NCBI RefSeq assembly: GCF_054482595.1 | Contig: NZ_CM137008.1 | DNA: 64,000 bases | Direction: 5' to 3' (one strand) | Shown: positions 12,879 through 22,347 of the stretch, piece after piece | Layout of the letters: every line of letters begins with the position of its first letter | Numbering within the stretch: position 1 is the stretch's first letter | Made by a program: the position numbers and the translations under genes | Notes under the pieces: generated by a model | Seen by the model: the letters and a program-made list of their open reading frames with translations, nothing else | Told to the model about the DNA's origin: nothing | Database searches by the model: none

Positions 12879-14168
12879 ATGACAACGGACGATCTTGCCT
12901 TTGACCAACGCCATATCTGGCACCCATACACATCCATGACCTCCCCGTTACCGGTTTATCCGGTGGCAAGCGCCGAAGGTTGCGAGCTAATTTTGTCTGA
13001 TGGCAGACGCCTGGTTGACGGTATGTCGTCCTGGTGGGCGGCGATCCACGGCTACAATCACCCGCAGCTTAATGCGGCGATGAAGACGCAAATTGATGCC
13101 ATGTCGCATGTGATGTTTGGCGGTATCACTCATGCGCCAGCCATTGAGCTGTGCCGCAAACTGGTGGCGATGACGCCGCAACCGCTGGAGTGCGTTTTTC
13201 TCGCGGACTCCGGCTCCGTAGCGGTGGAAGTGGCGATGAAAATGGCGTTGCAGTACTGGCAGGCCAAAGGCGAAGCGCGCCAGCGTTTTCTGACCTTCCG
13301 CAATGGTTATCATGGCGATACCTTTGGCGCGATGTCGGTGTGCGATCCGGACAACTCAATGCACAGCCTGTGGAAAGGCTATCTGCCAGAAAACTTGTTT
13401 GCTCCCGCCCCGCAAAGCCGCATGGATGGTGAATGGGATGAGCGCGATATGGTGGGCTTTGCCCGCCTGATGGCGGCGCATCGTCATGAAATCGCGGCGG
13501 TGATCATTGAACCGATTGTCCAGGGCGCAGGCGGGATGCGCATGTACCATCCGGAATGGTTAAAACGAATCCGCAAAATGTGCGATCGCGAAGGTATCTT
13601 GCTGATTGCCGACGAGATCGCCACCGGATTTGGTCGTACTGGCAAACTGTTTGCCTGTGAACATGCAGAAATCGCGCCGGACATTTTGTGCCTCGGTAAA
13701 GCCTTAACCGGCGGCACAATGACCCTTTCCGCCACACTCACCACGCGCGAGGTTGCGGAAACCATCAGTAACGGCGAAGCCGGCTGCTTTATGCACGGGC
13801 CAACTTTTATGGGCAATCCGCTGGCCTGCGCAGCAGCAAACGCCAGCCTGGCGATTCTCGAATCTGGCGACTGGCAGCAGCAGGTGGCGGCTATTGAAGT
13901 ACAGCTGCGCGAGCAACTGGCACCAGCCCGTGATGCCGAAATGGTTGCCGATGTGCGCGTACTGGGGGCAATCGGTGTGGTCGAAACCACTCGTCCGGTG
14001 AATATGGCGGCGCTGCAAAAATTCTTTGTCGAACAGGGTGTCTGGATCCGGCCTTTTGGCAAACTGATTTACCTGATGCCGCCCTATATTATTCTCCCGC
14101 AACAGTTGCAGCGTCTGACCGCAGCGGTTAACCGCGCGGTACAGGATGAAACATTTTTTTGCCAATAA
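12879..14168 (+). CDS. bioA: Adenosylmethionine-8-amino-7-oxononanoate aminotransferase BioA (429 aa)
   Basis: ORF 12768..14168 trimmed to [20 protein letters not shown]...; class III PLP aminotransferase. Confidence 0.93.
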   Translation: MTTDDLAFDQRHIWHPYTSMTSPLPVYPVASAEGCELILSDGRRLVDGMSSWWAAIHGYNHPQLNAAMKTQIDAMSHVMFGGITHAPAIELCRKLVAMTPQPLECVFLADSGSVAVEVAMKMALQYWQAKGEARQRFLTFRNGYHGDTFGAMSVCDPDNSMHSLWKGYLPENLFAPAPQSRMDGEWDERDMVGFARLMAAHRHEIAAVIIEPIVQGAGGMRMYHPEWLKRIRKMCDREGILLIADEIATGFGRTGKLFACEHAEIAPDILCLGKALTGGTMTLSATLTTREVAETISNGEAGCFMHGPTFMGNPLACAAANASLAILESGDWQQQVAAIEVQLREQLAPARDAEMVADVRVLGAIGVVETTRPVNMAALQKFFVEQGVWIRPFGKLIYLMPPYIILPQQLQRLTAAVNRAVQDETFFCQ

Positions 14169-14226
14169 CGGGAAGTCAGCGTGAGGGTTTCTGGCTACAC
14201 TTTCTGCAAACTAGAAAGGAGGGTTT

Positions 14227-14703
14227 ATGAAACTCATCAGTAACGATCTGCGCGATGGCGATAAGTTGCCGCATCGTCATGTCTTTAACGGCATGGGTTA
14301 CGATGGCGATAATATTTCACCGCATCTGGCGTGGGATGATGTTCCTGCGGGAACGAAAAGTTTTGTTGTCACATGCTACGACCCGGATGCGCCAACCGGC
14401 TCCGGCTGGTGGCACTGGGTAGTTGTTAATTTACCCGCTGATACCCGCGTATTACCGCAAGGGTTTGGCTCTGGTCTGGTAGCAATGCCAGACGGCGTTT
14501 TGCAGACGCGTACCGATTTTGGTAAAACCGGATACGATGGCGCAGCGCCACCGAAAGGCGAAACCCATCGCTACATTTTTACCGTTCACGCGCTGGATGT
14601 AGAGCGTATTGATGTCGATGAAGGAGCCAGCGGCGCGATGGTCGGGTTTAACGTTCATTTCCACTCTCTGGCAAGCGCATCGATTACCGCGATGTTTAGT
14701 TAA
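14227..14703 (+). CDS. ybhB: PEBP/kinase-inhibitor family protein YbhB (158 aa)
   Basis: 158-aa ORF downstream of bioA; last host gene before the prophage junction. Confidence 0.85.
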   Translation: MKLISNDLRDGDKLPHRHVFNGMGYDGDNISPHLAWDDVPAGTKSFVVTCYDPDAPTGSGWWHWVVVNLPADTRVLPQGFGSGLVAMPDGVLQTRTDFGKTGYDGAAPPKGETHRYIFTVHALDVERIDVDEGASGAMVGFNVHFHSLASASITAMFS

Positions 14704-14793
14704 TCACTCTGCCAGATGGCGCAATGCTATCTGGTATCACTTAAAGGTATTAAAAACAACTTTTTGTCTTTTTACCTTCCCGTTTCGCTCAAG

Positions 14794-14808
14794 TTAGTAT
14801 AAAAAAGT
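14794..14808. other. attR core (P-O-B' junction, tailspike side)
   Basis: ttagtataaaaaagt = reverse complement of lambda core GCTTTTTTATACTAA with one substitution at the phage-side end; preceded by host cgctcaag, followed by lambda-P-arm-like sequence. Confidence 0.85.
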
Positions 14809-14954
14809 TGAATGTGAAACGGTAAAAACAATTAATATCAACAGCTTATAATTGATTCAGTCTAAAAAATAGACTGCATAATGCTACAAAACACAACATA
14901 TCCAGTCACTATGAATCAACCACTTAGATGGTATTAGTGACCTGTAACAGAGCA

Positions 14955-14996
14955 TTAGCGCAAGGTGATTTTTTTGTCTTCTTGCGCTAATTTTTT
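14955..14996. terminator. lambda sib/tI-like hairpin in residual b-region
   Basis: ttagcgcaag N20 cttgcgctaa followed by tttttt; resembles lambda sib retroregulator region as recalled. Confidence 0.5.
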
Positions 14997-15340
14997 GTCA
15001 ACACACTGGGTTAGCTGAATTTACAACCATGCTCAGTATCTCGATAAGCGCAGAGAAATGATGCAGTGGTGGGCGGATTGGCTTGATGAAAAAGTAGAGT
15101 GAGCGACCTTAATAACTATCGAATAGCACAAAGCCTTGCAGTCCAGTACAAAGCTTTGTGTGCATCAGTTTTGTCTTATCAACCACAGCAAGTCATCGAT
15201 CGATTGAGACTTGGATGATAGACTTCATGTCTTTGATTATTAGCTGACAAAAGAAATGTTAAAGCTATTTGCAAAGTACACCTCGATTGGCGTGCTGAAC
15301 ACACTTATACACTGGGTGCAACGGAATCCCAGGCGCACTA

Positions 15341-17266
15341 TTATTTAGCTTGAACCGTTAATATTTTCCCTCCAGAATATTCTGTAAGATTACTTATTTC
15401 ATTAGCCAAAAGCGCTTTGAACATATTTCGGTCCTGCCCGAAAACAACGCCAGAAAAGAAAGTCCCAAGGTTGCGGTAGCCGCCTACGGTCGGCATACGG
15501 ATAAACAGGTAAGACGTACCCTCGTACGTGCCGGTAAACCAAGCATCATAATCTGTGAGAGATTGGTTATCACAGTGAGCAGCTCTAACTAATTTTGCGC
15601 GGGTAGAGATATTGCTGCCTACTGTATTAAGGTCATACGCACCCGATATAGGATTAAGATCTTCCCCGCTGCGTAATGTATAAATAGTCCCAATGCACCC
15701 TCGTTTCCCATACTGACCACCAACGATACGATAATACGGCCCAGCAGACTGGTCTGGATTCGGCAACGCCATATCCCGACACATAGTGGTACTGAACGTT
15801 GGTATGGTTGCCAGCCCACCAAGATTACCTAATGTAGCGAAAGTTGCAGTTTTCGTGTCGTATGAATTCCTTTGAGGCCACGACGTTTCAAACTTATTGC
15901 TGTACACGATTTCTAACTTAGCACCGTTAGTTAAACGGGCCATCGCGCCATTGAAAGTAGTGGTCGAGCTGGCAATTAGTTGCTTAATACTTACTTTAGC
16001 ATAACCAGATAGGTCAAACATGTAGCTACCTGCAGCCTGCGTTTGATCGTACAGATGTATATTATCTATCTGTAAGTTAGCCCCGGTGCCCTTAATAATC
16101 GTACCGCTGTTCTGACGTGAAGGTTGTTCACAACCTAAAGACGAAATGCTGTACGAGCCTGCGTTAAAAATATACGGAATCCCAGCGCAATCGTCAGCGG
16201 CTAATGGACCAATTTCACAATATGAGCCCGTCAACTCAAAGGCACAGTAGTTTGTTTTAAACGCGTTACATTGGGATACTACGTAGCTTGCCCCCCCATG
16301 TATATGAATACCACCATATATCCCGGTAGCGTCGGAACCTTGGACAACGATTTCGCGGATGGAAACACCAACGAAGGTATTGCCGCCAAAATACATCCCC
16401 CATTTTTGCGCAAGGATAAACAGATCACTAAATTCCTGGTATACGGCGGTATTGGGAGTGTAATACCCGTAACTATCCGTTGTATCGTCCAGGATGCGTA
16501 GTCCACGGACAACATTACCACGTTTACCCTTGTTATAGAAAACAGCGTTAATATCCTGAGTTCCTACCGCCGTTTTGCGAATAATGGATGCACGACCCTC
16601 CCCGACGAATCGGCTACCATTTGGTTGATAGTATTTCTCATTGTAAACATCTTCCAAATCGTAAAGAAGAATAGAGTCCGATATCTCATATTCGCCAGCG
16701 GGCACAAATATAGTTTTTCCCAGTTGCGCGGATACAAGCGATGCTCGATTAAAAGAGAGCGTCCAATCTGGATCTGAATCCAGTTTAAAGTCCAGTACAG
16801 AAATAGTTTCAGAGTTTTTCTGGTGTTGCGTTCGATTTACGGCCCCGTTAAATGGTTGCCGAACAGCTATCTTCGCATCATTAACAATAGTAGGACCATA
16901 GTCTTGCGCCAACTCTGACCTTAGTTGATCAGGGTCATACTTAAGCACATTCGGAAAATAGAACTGCTGTGCACCATATGCATCATAAACAGCCATAGAA
17001 TGGCCTTGCACAGTTACGAACTTGGCAATCTGTCCGTTATATACAGGATACCCGCCAGCGTTAATGATGATTGGCTGTGCAACAGGAACGTGAGAACCGT
17101 CTTCATTCTCTACATAAACCTGAATCTGGTTTTCAGGATTTACCGGGTCAGTGTCAATTTTTCCGATATAAATTTTGCCATTGGCAACCGCTTTAAAAGA
17201 ACGCGCCATAGTGAAGAGTTGCGAAGGCATACTCACTACAACATTGGCATTTATTGAATCTGTCAT
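15341..17266 (-). CDS. P22-type tailspike (641 aa): conserved N-terminal head-binding domain, divergent receptor-binding body
   Basis: N-terminus [62 protein letters not shown]... closely parallels the P22 gp9 head-binding domain (recalled); remainder is beta-helix-like with different sequence. Confidence 0.85.
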   Translation of the reverse strand: MTDSINANVVVSMPSQLFTMARSFKAVANGKIYIGKIDTDPVNPENQIQVYVENEDGSHVPVAQPIIINAGGYPVYNGQIAKFVTVQGHSMAVYDAYGAQQFYFPNVLKYDPDQLRSELAQDYGPTIVNDAKIAVRQPFNGAVNRTQHQKNSETISVLDFKLDSDPDWTLSFNRASLVSAQLGKTIFVPAGEYEISDSILLYDLEDVYNEKYYQPNGSRFVGEGRASIIRKTAVGTQDINAVFYNKGKRGNVVRGLRILDDTTDSYGYYTPNTAVYQEFSDLFILAQKWGMYFGGNTFVGVSIREIVVQGSDATGIYGGIHIHGGASYVVSQCNAFKTNYCAFELTGSYCEIGPLAADDCAGIPYIFNAGSYSISSLGCEQPSRQNSGTIIKGTGANLQIDNIHLYDQTQAAGSYMFDLSGYAKVSIKQLIASSTTTFNGAMARLTNGAKLEIVYSNKFETSWPQRNSYDTKTATFATLGNLGGLATIPTFSTTMCRDMALPNPDQSAGPYYRIVGGQYGKRGCIGTIYTLRSGEDLNPISGAYDLNTVGSNISTRAKLVRAAHCDNQSLTDYDAWFTGTYEGTSYLFIRMPTVGGYRNLGTFFSGVVFGQDRNMFKALLANEISNLTEYSGGKILTVQAK

Positions 17267-17465
17267 TTAATTTGCTCCAGATACAAGGAATCGCCGCAGC
17301 ATGGCTACGGTTGATGTTTGTTGCATACCGAAATGGTACGATTGTTGATTTGTACAGTAGGTTTTACGATGCCATTCCACCCATTTGGTGAGGCATTGAT
17401 GATGTACAGCAAATACGATGAGGCGCAGTTCCACTTCGGCATAATGCCATATTTTTTCTTTGCCA

Positions 17466-18194
17466 TTATGCAACATTACTCCCATGAATCAGGTGTTGTA
17501 GTGCTTTAACACCTTCCTCATTGTAGCGGAATGCTTCCACCTGTTTGCTGGAATGCGCAGATTTATCCAGGAAGAACTTCCCGTACTGCTCAGTTTTGAG
17601 GTTGTTTGCGTTAGCAATGCGACCAATCTTGTTGGCCGTTACCCCAAGCTGCTCTGCAACCTCCCCTGCTGAGTAGTAATGCTCTTCTATTGCTGGAAGA
17701 GGTATTGCATTAAAACCAACGATCGGGTTGATTATGCTTGCTGCCGCAGTCTGCTTTGCTTCCGGCGCAAGATTTGGCATCAAATCGAACAGATTGGTAA
17801 CAGCTTCAACCGTCATTTTCAATGTTCGCGCCTGGCGATACTCAACAAGTCCACTAGACGATTTACCGCTTTTAATGTGCGCTTCTTGCATACTTTCAAG
17901 TTGGTCTACAAGTGAGCGGCGAACAGCTTTAGATTCACGAGCAGCCACTCGAAGGGCTTGCTTAATTGACATAACAACTTTTTCAGAAGTTGTCTTGTTT
18001 GATTTTTGAACTACGAAAATTTCGTAGTGCTCACCTTCAAGTTCATCCTTAATGCGTGCAATAAAGTCGTTATTGCGGACTTCTTTTTCCCCGCACTGTC
18101 TACGAGCATGATTGACCATCTCTAACAGGTACTGGCTATCAATGGTTTTATCCGTGACAACGGATCCGATGTTTGCTACATTCTTAAAAGTCAT
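17466..18194 (-). CDS. Putative antirepressor-like/regulatory protein (243 aa)
   Basis: ORF 17466..18245 trimmed to ATG at 18194 with AAGGA RBS; C-terminal region loosely resembles KilA-C/ORF6C-type antirepressor tails; sits between ant and tailspike. Confidence 0.35.
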   Translation of the reverse strand: MTFKNVANIGSVVTDKTIDSQYLLEMVNHARRQCGEKEVRNNDFIARIKDELEGEHYEIFVVQKSNKTTSEKVVMSIKQALRVAARESKAVRRSLVDQLESMQEAHIKSGKSSSGLVEYRQARTLKMTVEAVTNLFDLMPNLAPEAKQTAAASIINPIVGFNAIPLPAIEEHYYSAGEVAEQLGVTANKIGRIANANNLKTEQYGKFFLDKSAHSSKQVEAFRYNEEGVKALQHLIHGSNVA

Positions 18195-18282
18195 TAGGCA
18201 TTCCTTATGTGGTAGTAAGGGTGTGACATAGGCCGCCAGCAGCACACTGGCGGTTTTCTTTTTGCGCCGTCCGGCGCACCAA

Positions 18283-18909
18283 TCAATGAATCCATTCCTC
18301 GCCGCGCAGTTTTGCCAGCATTGGCTGAGCGTTCTTTACGACAAAATTGTTGGTATCAAGATTCTTCATTTCACGAAGAAGTGATTTCTTGGTTTCTTCT
18401 GACATGTAGCGAGTCTCATATGCAATATCGTAAATCCTTCCTGAAAGCTCAGAACCAATTTGCTTCATTCCTGGGTAGATGTGTTTGCACATTTGTTGAC
18501 TCTTCTCCATCCACAATTGTAAGTAGCAGAGATTAACCAGTTCTTCGTCAGTAAACTGTTTTGCAATCGGTGAGCATTCTGCCTGCCGATCCAAAATATC
18601 CAGCACCCAGCGGCGGAACTCTTTGGCTACCTGAGTGCGAGCAAACATCGCGATTAGGTGGGCACCGCGTAGTGAGAAAACACGCACTTTTTTGCGATAA
18701 TTTCCTGAGGTACTCACTTCGAGTACCTGAGTCATTCCGGCGCTAAACTCATCGCTATACTTGTTATAAATCATTGTTACTGCACGACTATTTGCGTATT
18801 TAAGTGCAGATGCAATATTAGATGATGTAAACCAAACACCATGCATATCACGGGTGGGCACCAATTCAACTCCGTGGAAGTTATAATCTGATTTTGCTAC
18901 AATATTCAT
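18283..18909 (-). CDS. ant: Antirepressor with Bro-N domain (about 208 aa; start uncertain)
   Basis: FHGVELVPTRDMHGVWFTSSNIASALKY...FSLRGAHLIAMFARTQVAKEFRRWVLDIL is Bro-N-like; ATG at 18909 has AAGGAA RBS; longer frame to 18993 would overlap arc. Confidence 0.6.
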   Translation of the reverse strand: MNIVAKSDYNFHGVELVPTRDMHGVWFTSSNIASALKYANSRAVTMIYNKYSDEFSAGMTQVLEVSTSGNYRKKVRVFSLRGAHLIAMFARTQVAKEFRRWVLDILDRQAECSPIAKQFTDEELVNLCYLQLWMEKSQQMCKHIYPGMKQIGSELSGRIYDIAYETRYMSEETKKSLLREMKNLDTNNFVVKNAQPMLAKLRGEEWIH

Positions 18910-18982
18910 GTTAGTTTCCTTGCATACGGTTACTGACATAGAGGCCCGGTTTGTGTTCACGCACTGCCGGGCTTCACTATTT

Positions 18983-19156
18983 TTACTGGGCATTAGCTCT
19001 TTCCTCTCTCAGGCTTTTAGCCAGTCGCTGCACAATCGCAGAGTTGATAGAAATTCCATCCATTTCAGCAACACGTCTAATCTCCTCCTTCATTCGCGCT
19101 GGCAAACGAAGCTGGAAACTTTGACTTTTACGACCTGTGTAAAGCACATCTTTCAT
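18983..19156 (-). CDS. arc: Arc-like ribbon-helix-helix repressor (57 aa)
   Basis: MKDVLYTGRKSQSFQLRLPARMKEEIRRVAEMDGISINSAIVQRL resembles P22 Arc (MetJ/Arc RHH fold). Confidence 0.7.
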   Translation of the reverse strand: MKDVLYTGRKSQSFQLRLPARMKEEIRRVAEMDGISINSAIVQRLAKSLREERANAQ

Positions 19157-19183
19157 AAGTAATCCTCCCACAATGATACCAAC

Positions 19184-19199
19184 TTGGTTCTAGAACCAA
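19184..19199. promoter_or_regulatory. immI operator candidate: perfect 16-bp palindrome
   Basis: TTGGTTCTAGAACCAA in the divergent arc-mnt intergenic region. Confidence 0.6.
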
Positions 19200-19267
19200 T
19201 TTAACACCATTTATTTTGATGTCAAGTTGGTGCTATTGTTTAGCGAACATCTTTACGTTGAGGTCAT

Positions 19268-19588
19268 ATGAGCAAGTTCCCTAGTCATGAAATGGATAGG
19301 TTCAATATCAGGCTTCCTGCAGGAATGCGGGATGCTATAGCTGAACGAGCCAAACGTAACGGCAGATCAATGAACTCAGAGATTGTTCAGATACTGGAAG
19401 ATGCCTTGAATGCAGAAAATACACTCGGGGAAATAGCAGATAAAATCAACAGCGTCTCGGTTCCGCTAAATGTTGATGCGCTAGTTCAACTTCAAGCCCA
19501 GGTTATCGCCATGCAAAAAGAAATACAGGAAAAGTTCAGAGAGCAGAACGAAAAGTTGAGAGAACTGCTAAACAAAAAAACCACCTGA
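19268..19588 (+). CDS. mnt: Mnt-like repressor (106 aa)
   Basis: N-terminal RHH motif FNIRLPAGMRDAIAERAKRNGRSMNSEIVQILEDAL and C-terminal coiled coil ending KKTT, as in P22 Mnt (recalled). Confidence 0.75.
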   Translation: MSKFPSHEMDRFNIRLPAGMRDAIAERAKRNGRSMNSEIVQILEDALNAENTLGEIADKINSVSVPLNVDALVQLQAQVIAMQKEIQEKFREQNEKLRELLNKKTT

Positions 19589-19612
19589 CGGTGGGTTAAT
19601 TTTTGCCTTTTT
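19579..19612 (+). terminator. Rho-independent terminator after mnt
   Basis: aaaccacc tgac ggtgggtt followed by T-rich tract. Confidence 0.6.
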
Positions 19613-19686
19613 TGGACCATATTGACTACTCATAAAATGAGATCAATATTTAATCGCCCAATAACGGGTGCATGTTGAGGTATATC

Positions 19687-19866
19687 ATGGCGAAAAAACC
19701 AGGTGAAAACACAGGAAAAAACGGCGGAATATACCAAGAAGTTGGCCCGCGCGGAGGTAAGAAAGACAATTTTGCCACCGTCAAGGACAACGAAAGGCTT
19801 CCGCCAACAACAAAGCCAGGTCATGGCTGGGTATTAGATAAGCGAACTCCAGACAGCAAAAAGTAA
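19687..19866 (+). CDS. Small Gly/Lys-rich protein, YjzC-like (59 aa)
   Basis: ATG at 19687 with GAGG 6 nt upstream; MAKKPGENTGKNGGIYQEVGPRGG...LPPTTKPGHGWVL resembles YjzC-family small proteins (recalled, low certainty). Confidence 0.45.
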   Translation: MAKKPGENTGKNGGIYQEVGPRGGKKDNFATVKDNERLPPTTKPGHGWVLDKRTPDSKK

Positions 19867-19879
19867 TAATCAAGCCGGG

Positions 19880-20245
19880 TCACTCCGGCTTTTTGATATG
19901 TCGCTCGCAGAACTCAACAAGCCTGCTCATTAAGTAGCAGTAAGTCTCGTTGGCTCTTCCTGGTTCAACATCAACGCCGACCCTTGAGCAGATATCGAAT
20001 GCCATGTGAGCGCACTCATGGGCAATAGTAGATAGTTTGCCATTGAACACACCTATCACATGCAAAACACCATTCTCGCTGCTCATTGTATGAGACGCTC
20101 CGTTGGCATCCGAGTCCTGCACGTCCACGCCAAGTTTTTGATGCAGGCGTTGCCATTCTGGAAAGTCTCTGCAAAACACAATTGTACCGCTCTCAAAGAG
20201 CGGAACGAGCATTTTTGGTACGTTTCCAATGTTAACTTTTTTCAT
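19880..20245 (-). CDS. Hypothetical 121-aa protein with HExxH motif (possible minimal zinc metallopeptidase)
   Basis: ATG at 20245 with AGGA RBS; translation contains IAHECAHMAFD (HExxH) and a downstream Glu; no TM segment; stop lies inside hairpin 19871..19893. Confidence 0.5.
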   Translation of the reverse strand: MKKVNIGNVPKMLVPLFESGTIVFCRDFPEWQRLHQKLGVDVQDSDANGASHTMSSENGVLHVIGVFNGKLSTIAHECAHMAFDICSRVGVDVEPGRANETYCYLMSRLVEFCERHIKKPE

Positions 20246-20275
20246 GGTATCCTGCTCAAAACTAAGGAGGTTGGT

Positions 20276-20464
20276 GTGAAGAAAAAATTTGTAAACGTTG
20301 CAAAGTGCGCAATTTTTATATTTTTTATGACCTTTTACGGATTTAGTGCCGGAGAAGGTTTCGATCGTGATGCCAATGCATTCAGTTTCTTTTGTCTGTC
20401 TATAGTGGTCATAATTGTATGGGTGGAATTAAAGCAAACATTGTTTCATGTGCTAGGGAAATAA
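20276..20464 (+). CDS. Small membrane protein (62 aa, GTG start)
   Basis: AAGGAGG 5 nt upstream of GTG at 20276; two hydrophobic helices (AKCAIFIFFMTFYGF, FFCLSIVVIIVWV). Confidence 0.4.
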   Translation: MKKKFVNVAKCAIFIFFMTFYGFSAGEGFDRDANAFSFFCLSIVVIIVWVELKQTLFHVLGK

Positions 20465-20481
20465 CCATCCATGGCATTTAG

Positions 20482-22347
20482 TCACTGCTGTGTTGCCTCA
20501 GTGGCAAGCAGCGGTCTGATGGCATTTGCAGCGTTACTTAATGCTCTTTCATAGGCTGGCGTTCCTGCTTTGGTGTTTGCCAGACGTAAGAGCGCATTCC
20601 TGGCCATAGGGCTTTCATAAACCCTCGACATAAGGCCAATCCCTGTTTCCCCAGCCAATAGCGCGCCTCCGGTTTTTAGGTTACCAATAACCCTTACCAA
20701 AGGCGCGAGTGTCATGCCAGTCTTCGTCACAACATTAGCCTCAGATGCTCTTTTGGTAGCATCGAGAATAGATAACATCCCCTCTATCTCTTTTCCGTTC
20801 TTCCCACCAAATACAGTTTTAAACACCTGACCATTTGCTTGTTTTTGCAGCTTGCCAAGCTCGGTCATCATTTTCTGAGGGCTGTCACCTACCTTGTCAG
20901 CTATTTTGCTGATATATGCCGCCCTTAGCATGTCTTTACCTTTTTGATCGAGTTTCCCGTACAATCGAGCTATATCTGACCCATATTGTCCATACACAAT
21001 GGTATTTACAGCCTCGGGAGTTAAATCTCCTTTGTTTAGAACGTTTTTAAGGCGCGTTTGAGTTGCATGTGTTGCCATTTTTGCATAATCAGCTTTTCCC
21101 GCTCTCCATGCTGAAGCATCTTTTGGGCTAAGTCCTTTCGCTATAGATTTACTAAGGCTATTGGTTAGCGAGTTATAGACCCTGTCGACCATTGTTTGCG
21201 ACATTGATGGCAGAACTGTACGATCGCCTTTTACGTCAATGCGGAACTGAGTTCTCAGCTTATCAAGTAACTCAAAGGCATCATCTCCATTTGTTATCTC
21301 CTGAATGGCATTCTTATAATCATTAAGCGCAGAAATGGTCTGGGTGTCAGAAACACCTTTAAGTTTCCCAAGTTCGTTTACTGCTCCGTCGATAGCTCTT
21401 ATGGCGCCACTTGTATCAACTGGCTTTCCAACCATTCTTCCTGACAGGCTGTTTAGTTTTGACTTGGCTAACGATTTTTCCCTTGCAACGCCTGACTTTA
21501 GACTATCAACGACTACAGATGGATCGTAGTCGCCGTATTTTTCGGTGAAGCGATTAACAAGCTTGGTTCTGGCATCCTGCTGTGCGGCTCTCATTGGTCC
21601 AGTACCAGCTATGACTCCTTCTGAGTAACCCTGCAGTTGATTGCCAAGTTTTGTTTTTGGAGGAACTACATCTGATGTCATAACTGGTACATCTGCCGCA
21701 GCGGCACGCTTGAGCAATTGCTGATCTGCTGGTGATATTTCGCCACGAACAGCAGTAATTCCACGCCCTATTCCCTTTGCTGCTGCGGAAAGAACACCCT
21801 GAGCGGCAAGGTTAACTCCGGCATTTTTAGCTGCATTTTGTGCGAAATCGCCTTTCTGATTTGCGGCCTCTGCCAGTGATCCAATAGCCATGCTTCCTGC
21901 CGTTCCAACTCCTGGAACTAAATACCCGCCAATTGTTTCTCCAGCTTGCGCATAAGGGTCTGTCGGTCGCTCGACAGGGCGATAAACATCATCCAAAACC
22001 TTGGGGCCGCCAAGCCCCTGGCTGATTGCATTAATCAGACTTGCGCCACCCTGCAATACGTCAAATGGTATGTTTACCAGACCGCGACCAGCCTGCTCTG
22101 CAATTTGCCCTGCACTTTGACCACCAGTGAGCCAATCGCCAGCTTGTTGCATCAATGATGGTTCTTCTTTCTGCTGCTGAGGCGGAGGGTATGCTGCATA
22201 AAACTGATCTCTTGCTTCAGCCCATTTGTCACCAGCCTTAGGGGCAACAACCTCATCAAAATATTGCGCTTGAGCCTGTGCTTTCTGTTCTTCAGTTAAC
22301 GCCTGATACTGTGGAGAGGCGATAACATCTTTCCATGCTTTAGCCAT
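20482..22347 (-). CDS. P22 gp16-like ejection (internal virion) protein (621 aa)
   Basis: Size and order after gp20; last gene of the P22-type ejection-protein set. Confidence 0.75.
   Translation of the reverse strand: MAKAWKDVIASPQYQALTEEQKAQAQAQYFDEVVAPKAGDKWAEARDQFYAAYPPPQQQKEEPSLMQQAGDWLTGGQSAGQIAEQAGRGLVNIPFDVLQGGASLINAISQGLGGPKVLDDVYRPVERPTDPYAQAGETIGGYLVPGVGTAGSMAIGSLAEAANQKGDFAQNAAKNAGVNLAAQGVLSAAAKGIGRGITAVRGEISPADQQLLKRAAAADVPVMTSDVVPPKTKLGNQLQGYSEGVIAGTGPMRAAQQDARTKLVNRFTEKYGDYDPSVVVDSLKSGVAREKSLAKSKLNSLSGRMVGKPVDTSGAIRAIDGAVNELGKLKGVSDTQTISALNDYKNAIQEITNGDDAFELLDKLRTQFRIDVKGDRTVLPSMSQTMVDRVYNSLTNSLSKSIAKGLSPKDASAWRAGKADYAKMATHATQTRLKNVLNKGDLTPEAVNTIVYGQYGSDIARLYGKLDQKGKDMLRAAYISKIADKVGDSPQKMMTELGKLQKQANGQVFKTVFGGKNGKEIEGMLSILDATKRASEANVVTKTGMTLAPLVRVIGNLKTGGALLAGETGIGLMSRVYESPMARNALLRLANTKAGTPAYERALSNAANAIRPLLATEATQQ

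Noticed and set aside
12987-14165. Several ORFs antisense to or overlapping bioA (108, 77, 93, 64, 192, 77, 153, 82 aa)
   Set aside because: All lie within the well-supported bioA coding region on the opposite strand or in other frames; GC-rich antisense frames, no independent signals.
14809-15340. O-antigen conversion (gtr) or b-region genes between tailspike and attR
   Set aside because: No ORF above ~15 codons with an RBS; region consists of att P-arm, sib-like hairpin and short inverted repeats.
20060-20464. 134-aa plus-strand ORF from the track
   Set aside because: Its first ~70 codons are antisense to the better-supported HExxH gene; only the 3' 62 codons starting at GTG 20276 with an AAGGAGG RBS were kept.
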